From contig CAYOCJ010000001.1 of the NCBI GenBank assembly GCA_964402565.1, positions 96,079 to 160,078 on the forward strand: a DNA stretch of 64,000 nt, in the 5' to 3' direction. Of this stretch, positions 7,829-16,259 are shown in pieces. Each line of letters opens with the position of its first letter. Within the stretch, counting starts at the first letter, position 1. The stretch comes from an uncultured Gammaproteobacteria bacterium (GTDB taxonomy: Bacteria; Patescibacteriota; Patescibacteriia; UBA1558; 2-01-FULL-52-15). Below the pieces are notes generated by a model. It searched no databases. It was not told the DNA's origin and worked only from the letters and a program-made list of their open reading frames with translations. Both the position numbers and the translations under genes were made by a program.

Positions 7829-9643
7829 ATGAACGTGCATGAGTTTGCCCGGTTGATCAGAAGCGGCCAGAGAACGACAAGCCAGATCAGCGGCCTATGC
7901 GGCAGGCTGATTCGCGGCAAAAAGCCCGAAGATTTCCTCACGCTGACCGATGATGCCGATCGCAAGATCGTGATGCTCATCGGCCCCGACGGGCTCCAGA
8001 AGATGCCCGGAAAAAACGGCTGGGATATGCTGATGGAAATCGGCTACGAACCCGATTACGCGAAGCACAAGATCGAAGAGGGCTGCCAGTTCAAGCTCGT
8101 GGTGTTCCCGGAAGGTGGACCCGCGAAGCTCGCGACCTGGGACAATGTCCTCGATGAGGTTGTCAGAATTTACCCTGACACTTTCGCTGCGGCGAGCGGC
8201 TACACTTCGGTACTGAAAGAAGAGTCGTTCGCAGTAATCGAGTCTCATGCCGGCTACAGCTTCCTCGAAGTGGAGAAGGCCGGTAAGAACGACCCGCGCT
8301 TCATGACCTACGAACGTTTCCAGCGGTCGAAGATGACATTGGTTGACTTCAGAGCATTCCTGTACTTCAGCGTGCATCTCCGTGAGCTCTTTCGCGGCGA
8401 CGGATACACCGACGCCCAAGGCAAGCGGGGGCCGATGGAATACATCGTCCCCAATCGCCCCCTCGCCGAACTTGGCGAGCTCGAGCTCATCGACATTCCA
8501 GTTTCCATCCCTTCCGCAACCGTCCCCACAGGAGGTTCGAAGATGAAGACGAAACAACTGCCGGTCCCGAGCTTCTATAACCCCGCGAACTCACGCAAGT
8601 GGAGTTACCAGCCTGATCAGGCTGCGCTCTTCCTCGCTGCCGACGCGTATCGCAAGCAGCATGACGTGAAGCCCAAGTCGACGTCCGGTTTCAAGACGCA
8701 CTTGCTGATCATCGACGCGCAACGCGACTTCTGTTTTCCGGAAGGATCGCTGTATGTCGGAGGCCGCAGCGGTACCGGCGCCATGGACGACAGCGATCGC
8801 CTCGCGCAGTTCATCTACCGCGAGGCAGGAACCATCACGGACATCACGACGACGCTGGACACGCACTTCGCGTATCAGATCTTCCAGCCCTGGTTCTGGG
8901 TCAACTCGAACGGGGCGCCGCTCTCCGCGCACACCTTGGTGGTGCTGTCATCGGACGAGCGGAAGCTCAACAATATCGGACTCGATGGCTCGCTCCTGAA
9001 CGAAGACGTGCGTCCGAATCCGGCGATCGCCGAGTGGCTCTGCAACGGCAACTACGGATGGCTCCTGAAGCAGTGCATGTTCTACTGCAAGAAGCTCGCG
9101 GAAGGCGGCAAGTACGTCCTGTACCTCTGGCCTCCGCATTGCATTCTCGGTTCGGAAGGCCATGCGCTCGCCGGTGTCATTCACGAAGCGCGCATGTTCT
9201 TCTCCTTCATCCGCGGCTCCCAGTCCTACTGCGAGGTCAAGGGTACCAATGCCTTGACCGAGAACTATTCGGTCCTGAGCCCCGAGGTGACGGAGCGGTT
9301 CGACGGCAACTCGCTGGATTCCCGCAATACCGATTTCATCAGAACGCTTCTCGAAGCTGATCGCGTCATCATCGCGGGTCAGGCATCGAGCCACTGCGTG
9401 AAGAGCTCGATCGGCGACTTGCTTTTGGACATCCTGAAGCAGGACCCGACGCTCGCGAAGAAGGTGTATATCCTGAAGGATTGCACCTCCGCGGTCGTCG
9501 TCCCGGACGGCAAGGGCGGTTTCGCTGTCGATTTCACAGCCGATGCGGACAAGGCCATGGCCGAGTTCGCCGCTGCTGGTATGAATCTCGTCGACAGTAC
9601 CGCTCCGATCGAGTCCTGGCCCACCGCGGCTGTCACGGCTTAG
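7829..9643 (+). CDS. pncA: unknown N-terminal domain fused to a nicotinamidase (isochorismatase family)
   Basis: C-terminal part has IDAQRDF, DTH, WPPHC and GQASSHCV (catalytic D, metal ligands, Cys). The first ~238 aa are unassigned. Confidence 0.8.
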   Translation: MNVHEFARLIRSGQRTTSQISGLCGRLIRGKKPEDFLTLTDDADRKIVMLIGPDGLQKMPGKNGWDMLMEIGYEPDYAKHKIEEGCQFKLVVFPEGGPAKLATWDNVLDEVVRIYPDTFAAASGYTSVLKEESFAVIESHAGYSFLEVEKAGKNDPRFMTYERFQRSKMTLVDFRAFLYFSVHLRELFRGDGYTDAQGKRGPMEYIVPNRPLAELGELELIDIPVSIPSATVPTGGSKMKTKQLPVPSFYNPANSRKWSYQPDQAALFLAADAYRKQHDVKPKSTSGFKTHLLIIDAQRDFCFPEGSLYVGGRSGTGAMDDSDRLAQFIYREAGTITDITTTLDTHFAYQIFQPWFWVNSNGAPLSAHTLVVLSSDERKLNNIGLDGSLLNEDVRPNPAIAEWLCNGNYGWLLKQCMFYCKKLAEGGKYVLYLWPPHCILGSEGHALAGVIHEARMFFSFIRGSQSYCEVKGTNALTENYSVLSPEVTERFDGNSLDSRNTDFIRTLLEADRVIIAGQASSHCVKSSIGDLLLDILKQDPTLAKKVYILKDCTSAVVVPDGKGGFAVDFTADADKAMAEFAAAGMNLVDSTAPIESWPTAAVTA

Positions 9644-9648
9644 TCCGC

Positions 9649-9686
9649 GTGGCGCGGTGCAGTGCTTACGCGCAGCACCGCGCCAC
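9649..9686 (+). other. GC-rich intergenic hairpin without U-tract
   Basis: GTGGCGCGGTGC...GCACCGCGCCAC inverted repeat. Confidence 0.6.
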
Positions 9687-9736
9687 TTAACCGACTCATT
9701 TCTTTTAACGATCGCAACAGATAGAGGGAAAAGACG

Positions 9737-10531
9737 ATGAGCCAAAGTACCGCGAATCCGAAAGATCTCTTCGCTCAGGCAGCAGCCGACGGCATTCTGT
9801 CGCCGGCAGCGTCCCAGGTGATCACGGTCGCGAATGCCGGGACCCGCATCAAGGCGGCCCTCGGCATCAGCGTCGATGACGTGAAGGCAAGCGAGGTCTT
9901 GCTCGTCACGATCATGGTCGACGATTCCGGATCGATCCGCATGGCTGCGGGGAATACCGAAGCTGTTCGCGAAGGACACAATGGGGTCCTGGACGCACTC
10001 GGCGCTTCCAAACAGACGGATTCGATCCTGGTCTGCACCCGGCTTCTGAACGGTGAAGTGATCTGTCCGTACGCGCCGCTTTCAAGCGCCGTGCGTCTGG
10101 ACACTCACAACTACAACCCCGACAAAGGCACGCCTCTCTACGATGAGACGGTCGTGCTTCTGGGAACCGTCCTCGCCAAGGCTCAGGAATTCGTCAACAA
10201 CGGCGTCACAGTCCGTACAGCGACCCTGAACATCACCGACGGTTCCGATCAGCACAGCCGCAAACACGAAGCCGCCGACGTCGCCAAGATAGTCGCTGAC
10301 ATGCTTCGCGAAGAGACCCACATCATTGCCGGCATGGGTATCGACGACGGCTACACGGACTTCAGGAGCATCTTCTCCCAGATGGGCATCCGCGACGAGT
10401 GGATCCTCACGCCGAAGAAGACGCCTTCCGAGATCCGCAAGGCCTTCGCGGTCTTCTCGCAGAGTGCCGTGCGCGCCAGCCAGAGTGCTGCGCAGTTCAG
10501 CACGGTGAGCGTCGGAGGCTTCGGCGGTTAA
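9737..10531 (+). CDS. vWA-domain protein (TerY-like)
   Basis: MIDAS-type motifs VDDSGSI, GTPLYD, ITDG, GMG. Confidence 0.8.
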   Translation: MSQSTANPKDLFAQAAADGILSPAASQVITVANAGTRIKAALGISVDDVKASEVLLVTIMVDDSGSIRMAAGNTEAVREGHNGVLDALGASKQTDSILVCTRLLNGEVICPYAPLSSAVRLDTHNYNPDKGTPLYDETVVLLGTVLAKAQEFVNNGVTVRTATLNITDGSDQHSRKHEAADVAKIVADMLREETHIIAGMGIDDGYTDFRSIFSQMGIRDEWILTPKKTPSEIRKAFAVFSQSAVRASQSAAQFSTVSVGGFGG

Positions 10532-10723
10532 GCAGTTCTTTCAGTAAGTAACCACACTTGGGGAGAGGAGTATCCAAAAAACGGATGCTTCTCTCCCTCC
10601 TTTCTCAATAGAGATTTGCATCGAATATATTCGTTGCAGTTCTTTCTTCCCGAGAGACGAACGTTTTTCGGGAAGTGAACATTGAAAATGTTAGTGGAAA
10701 AACTTCGAAAAAAGGAGACCATC

Positions 10724-12109
10724 ATGAAAGAGATCATCAGGGTATTTGGAGGCGGCTTTAACCCTCCAGGTATTCATCATGTGGAAATCGCCCGTGCAGT
10801 ATCAGCGTTGACTCCGCGTGGCACGACCTATGTCATTCCATGCGGACCTCGTCCTGACAAGCAGACGGTGAACGACGTCGATCCTCTTTTCAGAGCAACC
10901 ATGAACGACATGGCCTTTCGAGGCATGCCGAACGTGGTCGTGGACCTTTTTGACCTCGAGCGAAACGTGTTTACGAGAACGCATGAGATCGAACGGCGCT
11001 ATGCTTCGCTGGGCGAAGTATGGCATGTCATCGGTTCCGACTGGTTTGTCGGCGGTGCAAGCAAGTCTTCGCGGATCCAGAAAGATTGGCGACATGGCGC
11101 AGAACTCTGGGATCGGCTGAATTTTCTGGTCGTTTCCCGAAGGGGATACGAGATAGCTCCTGCCGACCTTCCGCCGCACCATAAGCTGGTGACGATCGAT
11201 ACCGGGGTTGCATCGAGCTCGGACATCAGGCTGAAGGCTTTTCAGCGCGAGTCCATTCAGAGCTTGGTGCCTGACGGCGTGTTTCAGTACGTCGAGCGCT
11301 ACGGCCTGTATCGAGGCCGCGCACCGTCACATGCGACCACGCTCGTACTTCCTGAGATGCGGCCTCTGCTGGTATCCGACGCGGATAATCCCCGAGCGCA
11401 GATACTGGCTTCTCAATTCGCCTCTTTCAGCGAACATGAAGCAAACTGCATCGTCGTTGTCGGCGGCGACGGCATGATGCTGCGCGCAGTGAAGGAACAC
11501 TGGCGCAAGCGTTTGCCGTTCGTTGGCGTGAATGCCGGACACCGCGGTTTTCTTCTGAATGAACCATTCGCCAGCGCAAGCGTTTCCGAGTTCAAGATCT
11601 ACCATCTTCCGCTGCTGTCGGTGACCGTAACGTCAGTCGATGGAAGCGTACACAAGCACCTAGCGTTCAATGACGCATGGGTCGAGCGCTCGTCACCGCA
11701 AACAGCCTGGCTGTCCGTAACGGTGGATGGTGTTACTCGAATCGGAAAACTCATGGCAGATGGCGCACTCGTCGCGACCGCATCCGGCTCCACAGCCTAT
11801 GCTCGTGCGATGGGAGCAACGCCTCTTTCGATCGAATCGCCGAACATCGTTCTCGTCGGCAACAACGTGCTCGAGCCCTATGGCTGGAAGGCGGTTCAGC
11901 ATTCGCTGAACTCCGTCATCACGCTGACCTCGCTTGATCCGGTGAAGCGCCCGATCAGGGCCTGTGTCGACGGCTTTTCGATCGAACATGCGGTCGAAAT
12001 GACGATCGCGAAAAGCCACGTGGCTTCGGCGGAACTCGCATTCACCAACAATCGAGACATGGCCTCCAAGATCGCCGAACTTCAGTATCCCGGAGGGAAC
12101 TCGATATGA
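10724..12109 (+). CDS. NadD-like nucleotidyltransferase fused to NAD kinase
   Basis: N-terminal FGGGFNPPGIHH, IGSD, SSSDIR. C-terminal GGDG, NAGHRGFL, FND, ADG..VATASGSTAY, VDG. SD AAGGAG before ATG 10724. Confidence 0.85.
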   Translation: MKEIIRVFGGGFNPPGIHHVEIARAVSALTPRGTTYVIPCGPRPDKQTVNDVDPLFRATMNDMAFRGMPNVVVDLFDLERNVFTRTHEIERRYASLGEVWHVIGSDWFVGGASKSSRIQKDWRHGAELWDRLNFLVVSRRGYEIAPADLPPHHKLVTIDTGVASSSDIRLKAFQRESIQSLVPDGVFQYVERYGLYRGRAPSHATTLVLPEMRPLLVSDADNPRAQILASQFASFSEHEANCIVVVGGDGMMLRAVKEHWRKRLPFVGVNAGHRGFLLNEPFASASVSEFKIYHLPLLSVTVTSVDGSVHKHLAFNDAWVERSSPQTAWLSVTVDGVTRIGKLMADGALVATASGSTAYARAMGATPLSIESPNIVLVGNNVLEPYGWKAVQHSLNSVITLTSLDPVKRPIRACVDGFSIEHAVEMTIAKSHVASAELAFTNNRDMASKIAELQYPGGNSI

Positions 12110-13179
12110 ATTCTCCAGAGCTTTTGTCTCGGATCAAAGGATGTCTCATGGGTGTTGCCATTGGCGACGCCATGGGGATGCCCTGGGAACTCATGACTCC
12201 TGAAGAGATCTCCGCGGCCACGAAGGGTAATGGGGTCAATGGTTTCGCTAACCCAGTTCAGCGCAAGATCAAAGGTACTGCTGCTCATCGGGCAGGCGAA
12301 ACAACCGATGATTGGCAGCTCACCGCTGCGATAACCCGTTCCCTCGTCATGTGCGGCAGCTTCGACACAATCTACGTTGCTCGCGAGCATGTGGTCGAAT
12401 TTGATCGCTGCCAGTTCGGCTGGGGCGGTACCACGAAAACGTCGCTCAGGAACATCAAGAAGTGGTTCGACAGCCGCGGACATGAAGGTCAAAATCCATG
12501 CCAGCCTGCTCCGGACCGAGGTCCGGGCAAAGGCTCTGGTAATGGGGTCGCGATGAAGGTCGCACCGCTTGGCCTCTTCTTCCAGCACGAGGAAGACGAT
12601 GCCATGGCTGAAGCCATTGCTGACCTGGGTCTCATGACGCATTCAGATCCCCGAGCCTGGATTACCGCGTATCTCGTCGCCCGCGTTATCGCAGATGCAT
12701 TGTACACCGGTTATGAGATCGGCCATCAGAAACAATGGGGCCTCGATGCACGGCAGCTTGTCGTCACTTTGATGACACGAGCTGCAGAATTCGAGGAGGT
12801 GACGCCATTTGGAGAAAATGGCGAAGTCGAGGGCAAGGTGACAGGCCGCTGTCTGCAGCTTGCAAGCCTCATTGATTCAAGCGAATTGTACGGCGACGCG
12901 GCGATCGCTCGCCGAACGTTCGGTACTGGCTGCTTCTGCATGGAGTCGGTTCCTTTCGCTCTCGCGACCTTCCTGAGGCATCCGACTGATTTCAAGACGG
13001 GCGTCCTGGAAGCAGTGAATGCCGGCGGTGACACTGATTCGACAGCCAGCATGGTCGGTGCCATGATTGGCGCTAATGTCGGCATCGAGGGCATACCGCC
13101 TGCATGGTGCAATTTCAATCCCAAGTTCCAGGAAGCGATCGACCTGAGCCAGCAGCTTTTCGAAGTAGTTACCCGCTAA
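12106..13179 (+). CDS. ADP-ribosylglycohydrolase (DraG/ARH family)
   Basis: AIGDAMG, TTDD, GNGVAMK, MTH, GGDTDS. Confidence 0.92.
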   Translation: MNSPELLSRIKGCLMGVAIGDAMGMPWELMTPEEISAATKGNGVNGFANPVQRKIKGTAAHRAGETTDDWQLTAAITRSLVMCGSFDTIYVAREHVVEFDRCQFGWGGTTKTSLRNIKKWFDSRGHEGQNPCQPAPDRGPGKGSGNGVAMKVAPLGLFFQHEEDDAMAEAIADLGLMTHSDPRAWITAYLVARVIADALYTGYEIGHQKQWGLDARQLVVTLMTRAAEFEEVTPFGENGEVEGKVTGRCLQLASLIDSSELYGDAAIARRTFGTGCFCMESVPFALATFLRHPTDFKTGVLEAVNAGGDTDSTASMVGAMIGANVGIEGIPPAWCNFNPKFQEAIDLSQQLFEVVTR

Positions 13180-13318
13180 CACAACCCTAACCGGAGGAGC
13201 ATTCTAGAAAACTAGAGTGCTCCTCCCGAAAGAATATTTGCTGAATACTTTGGCACATGTTCTTTCGCCTATGAATGACGAAAACGTTCATCACAATTAA
13301 CAATAGAGAAAAAGGAGA

Positions 13319-13879
13319 ATGCAGATGAAGCGCGAAACGCTCCATAAGGGTTTTTTGACCGTCGAAAAGATCACCTACGACGGCGGAATCACCAGGGAGA
13401 TCATTCGGGCAAGCAATTCTGTGAACCTTTTGATCTTCGACCGGTCCAATGACGAAGTGATCCTGGTGCAGCAGCGTCGGGAGCCTATGCTCAGTGTACA
13501 CAATCCGACCGGCATGATCATCGAAACCGTCGCAGGACGGTTCGATGTGAATCTCGGCGCGCAGCAGCTCGCGGCAAAAGAGGCTTTCGAAGAGGCCGGC
13601 ATCGAGATCGACCCTTGGGACATCGAGCTCCTGAATAATGGTAAGCCGATGGCTCTTTCTGCGGGCGTTCTCACCGAGTGTGCGTACCTGTGTTTCGTGG
13701 AAATTGACGAGAGCAATAAGCGTCAGTCGGGAAATTTTTTCGGAACGGACCCGGGCGAGCACACCGAACCTGTGCGTATCCCGGTCGTGGCACTCGACAG
13801 AATCGATTTCCAGGATGTTCGCGTCTTCGCACTGGTGCAGTACCTGTTGCGGAAGCTCGAGCAAGAGCAGCGGGGGTAA
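13319..13879 (+). CDS. Nudix hydrolase, ADP-ribose pyrophosphatase (NudF-like)
   Basis: LVQQRR, ETVAGRFD, AAKEAFEEAG, SAG..TE, G...GE layout typical of ADPRases. Confidence 0.8.
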   Translation: MQMKRETLHKGFLTVEKITYDGGITREIIRASNSVNLLIFDRSNDEVILVQQRREPMLSVHNPTGMIIETVAGRFDVNLGAQQLAAKEAFEEAGIEIDPWDIELLNNGKPMALSAGVLTECAYLCFVEIDESNKRQSGNFFGTDPGEHTEPVRIPVVALDRIDFQDVRVFALVQYLLRKLEQEQRG

Positions 13880-13880
13880 A

Positions 13881-15125
13881 ATGCCAACACCGATCATCGA
13901 ATCCCTCATGGACGTGGACTTCTACAAGTTCACTATGGGTTTGGTTGCCTTCAAGAAATATCGGGACGTGCCGGTCCGGTATCGCTTCAAGAATCGGACA
14001 ACGATTGCCGATGCTTCGATGGCAGAAGTCGTTCCTGAGGCACGGCTTCGCGAAGAGCTTGACCACGTCCGAACGCTGCGCTTCACGAATACGGACCTTC
14101 ACTACCTTCGCGGCACCAACGAATACGGCGACCGCATGTTCCCTGAAGACTACCTGCTGTTCCTGAAAGACTTTCAGCTGCCTCCCTATGAGCTCGTGTG
14201 GACTGAAGAACGAAAGGAGCTTGAGTTTTTCGGAGCATGGCCTGAAGCCATGCACTGGGAGACTATTGCCCTTTCGATCATCAACGAGCTGTACTTTAGC
14301 TATGTTTGTTCGGAAGGCAGTCAATTCCGTCGAGATCTGTATCGTGCTGAAGCGATAGGCAGACTCGCTGACAAGATCATGGTCTTGCGCGATCGTCCGG
14401 ATATCACGATAAGCGACTTCGGTACTCGCCGCCGGCTCAGCCGAAGCTGGCAGGAATACGCAGTCGCGTCGTTGGTGGCGGAACTTCCGCCTGGGCAGTT
14501 GCTTGGCACTTCGAATGTGAAGCTTGCCATGGACCTGGGGCTGCTGCCCATGGGTACTTCAGCCCATGAGATGCCCATGGTGCTGTACAGCATCCATCAC
14601 GATACGGATGAAGGAATCCTGAGTGTCCAGCAGCGGGTGCTTCACGATTGGTGGGATACGTACGGTGCAGGTCTTTCGATCGCGCTTCCGGACACATTCG
14701 GAAGCGAGTACTTCTTCCGGACTATGACTGCAGAGCAGGCAGCAGCATGGAAAGGTTTGCGCCAGGACTCCGGTGACCCGATCGTTTTCGGCGAACGCGC
14801 GATTCGGTTCTACGAGTCGCATGGGGTTGATCCGACCGAGAAGCTCATCGTCTTCAGCGATGGTTTGGATGTCCACACCATGCTGAAGATTGCTGACCAT
14901 TTCAAAGGCCGCATCAAGTGCACCTTCGGCTGGGGCACGAACCTGACCAACGACACAAGTATTCCGGCACTTTCGATGGTCATCAAGGTCGTCGAAGCCA
15001 ACGGTCGGCCTTCGATCAAGCTTTCGGATAACCTGGCGAAGGCAAGCGGCGACCCGGCTGAGGTCGAACGAGCCAAACGCGTGTTCGGCTATACCAACAC
15101 GCTGTCACAGGAATGCATCTACTGA
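13881..15125 (+). CDS. pncB: nicotinate phosphoribosyltransferase
   Basis: SLMDVDFYKFTM, DFGTRRR, GTSNV, GTSAHE, RQDSGDP, FSDGL, FGWGTNLTND, KLSDN. Confidence 0.93.
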   Translation: MPTPIIESLMDVDFYKFTMGLVAFKKYRDVPVRYRFKNRTTIADASMAEVVPEARLREELDHVRTLRFTNTDLHYLRGTNEYGDRMFPEDYLLFLKDFQLPPYELVWTEERKELEFFGAWPEAMHWETIALSIINELYFSYVCSEGSQFRRDLYRAEAIGRLADKIMVLRDRPDITISDFGTRRRLSRSWQEYAVASLVAELPPGQLLGTSNVKLAMDLGLLPMGTSAHEMPMVLYSIHHDTDEGILSVQQRVLHDWWDTYGAGLSIALPDTFGSEYFFRTMTAEQAAAWKGLRQDSGDPIVFGERAIRFYESHGVDPTEKLIVFSDGLDVHTMLKIADHFKGRIKCTFGWGTNLTNDTSIPALSMVIKVVEANGRPSIKLSDNLAKASGDPAEVERAKRVFGYTNTLSQECIY

Positions 15126-15277
15126 TTTTTTCTCTCGCGGTGGAGGTTTGGACCACAAGTCCCCTCCACCGCTCCTTCTTCGAAAAACTGACTCCGTTGG
15201 TTCTTCGAAGAAGGAATTGTTCTTTCACATTTCAACAGGAATATAAAACCATCGCAGTATTGCGACGGGGGTGATCT

Positions 15278-16246
15278 ATGCGTCGACATCCGGTTGTGTT
15301 CGCCTGTCCGCAAATGCATCCGATATGGACCGGCATGGCTGTTTCATCAGTCGGAGGTCCGTGCAGCGGAGGTAAGATCCGCTGGGATTCGTTCAACGAC
15401 GGTTGGCCGAACATCAAGATCGATGACACGAGCGTGGTCGAAGGACATGACATCGTTTTTCTCGCGTCATTCGCCAAGCCAGGGGACATTTTCGAGCAAT
15501 GCGGCATTCTGTATGCATTGCCCAGCTATGGCGCTCGGTCGCTTACGGTCATTCTTCCTTTCTTTTCGACCGGCACCATGGATCGTGTCGATCAGGACGG
15601 TGAAATTGCCACAGCAAAAACTCTGGCGCGGATGCTTTCTCAGATTCCGCATTGCCACGGTTCAGGGCCGGCGCAAATCATCATTCTCGATATCCATGCC
15701 CTGCAGGAGCAGTTCTACTTCAGCGACAATGTGCGCGTGAAGCTCATCAGCGCCATGCCGGCGATCCGCGATGCCATCGTTCACAAGCTCGGGCGCGACG
15801 TCAGGATCGCCTTTCCCGACGAAGGAGCGCGGAAGCGTTTCAAGAAATTCTTCGAAGGATTCGAACTCATCACGTGCGACAAGCGGCGCGAAGGCGACAA
15901 GCGCATCGTCACTATCAAAGACGGCGACCCTTCTGGTAAGAACGTTGTCATCGTTGACGATCTGATCATGAGCGGCGGAACAGCTATAGAGTGCGCTGCT
16001 GTTCTGCGTGCCGCAGGAGCATCTACGGTTAGTCTGGCTGCCACACATGCGGTTATGCCAGGGGATGCCCTGTACCGTATGAAGCAGTCGCCTCTCGATC
16101 ACATCTGGGTGACAGATTCATGTCCGCGGATTGCAGAGAATATTACTGTACTCACCGATCAAAAGATCGCACACCCGTTCACGATGATTCCTTTGAGCCA
16201 TCAGTTCAAGCGAGTCGTCTACGACGTCAGTGTGCGCAATCTCTAA
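15278..16246 (+). CDS. prs: ribose-phosphate pyrophosphokinase (class II-like)
   Basis: FNDGWPN, LPFFSTGTMDR, DIHALQEQFYF, FPDEGA.KRF, VDDLIMSGGT. Confidence 0.9.
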   Translation: MRRHPVVFACPQMHPIWTGMAVSSVGGPCSGGKIRWDSFNDGWPNIKIDDTSVVEGHDIVFLASFAKPGDIFEQCGILYALPSYGARSLTVILPFFSTGTMDRVDQDGEIATAKTLARMLSQIPHCHGSGPAQIIILDIHALQEQFYFSDNVRVKLISAMPAIRDAIVHKLGRDVRIAFPDEGARKRFKKFFEGFELITCDKRREGDKRIVTIKDGDPSGKNVVIVDDLIMSGGTAIECAAVLRAAGASTVSLAATHAVMPGDALYRMKQSPLDHIWVTDSCPRIAENITVLTDQKIAHPFTMIPLSHQFKRVVYDVSVRNL

Positions 16247-16259
16247 GGAAGGAGGAACT

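Noticed and set aside
13638-13880. N-terminal extension of PncB in the ORF track
   Set aside because: It overlaps the Nudix gene in another frame. PncB similarity starts at ATG 13881, just after the Nudix stop.
13881-16246. pncB-prs as a phage NARP1 (Adps/Namat) pair or a prophage
   Set aside because: The phosphoribosyltransferase has PncB motifs and is accompanied by PncA, NadD and NadE (deamidated route). No phage structural genes are present.
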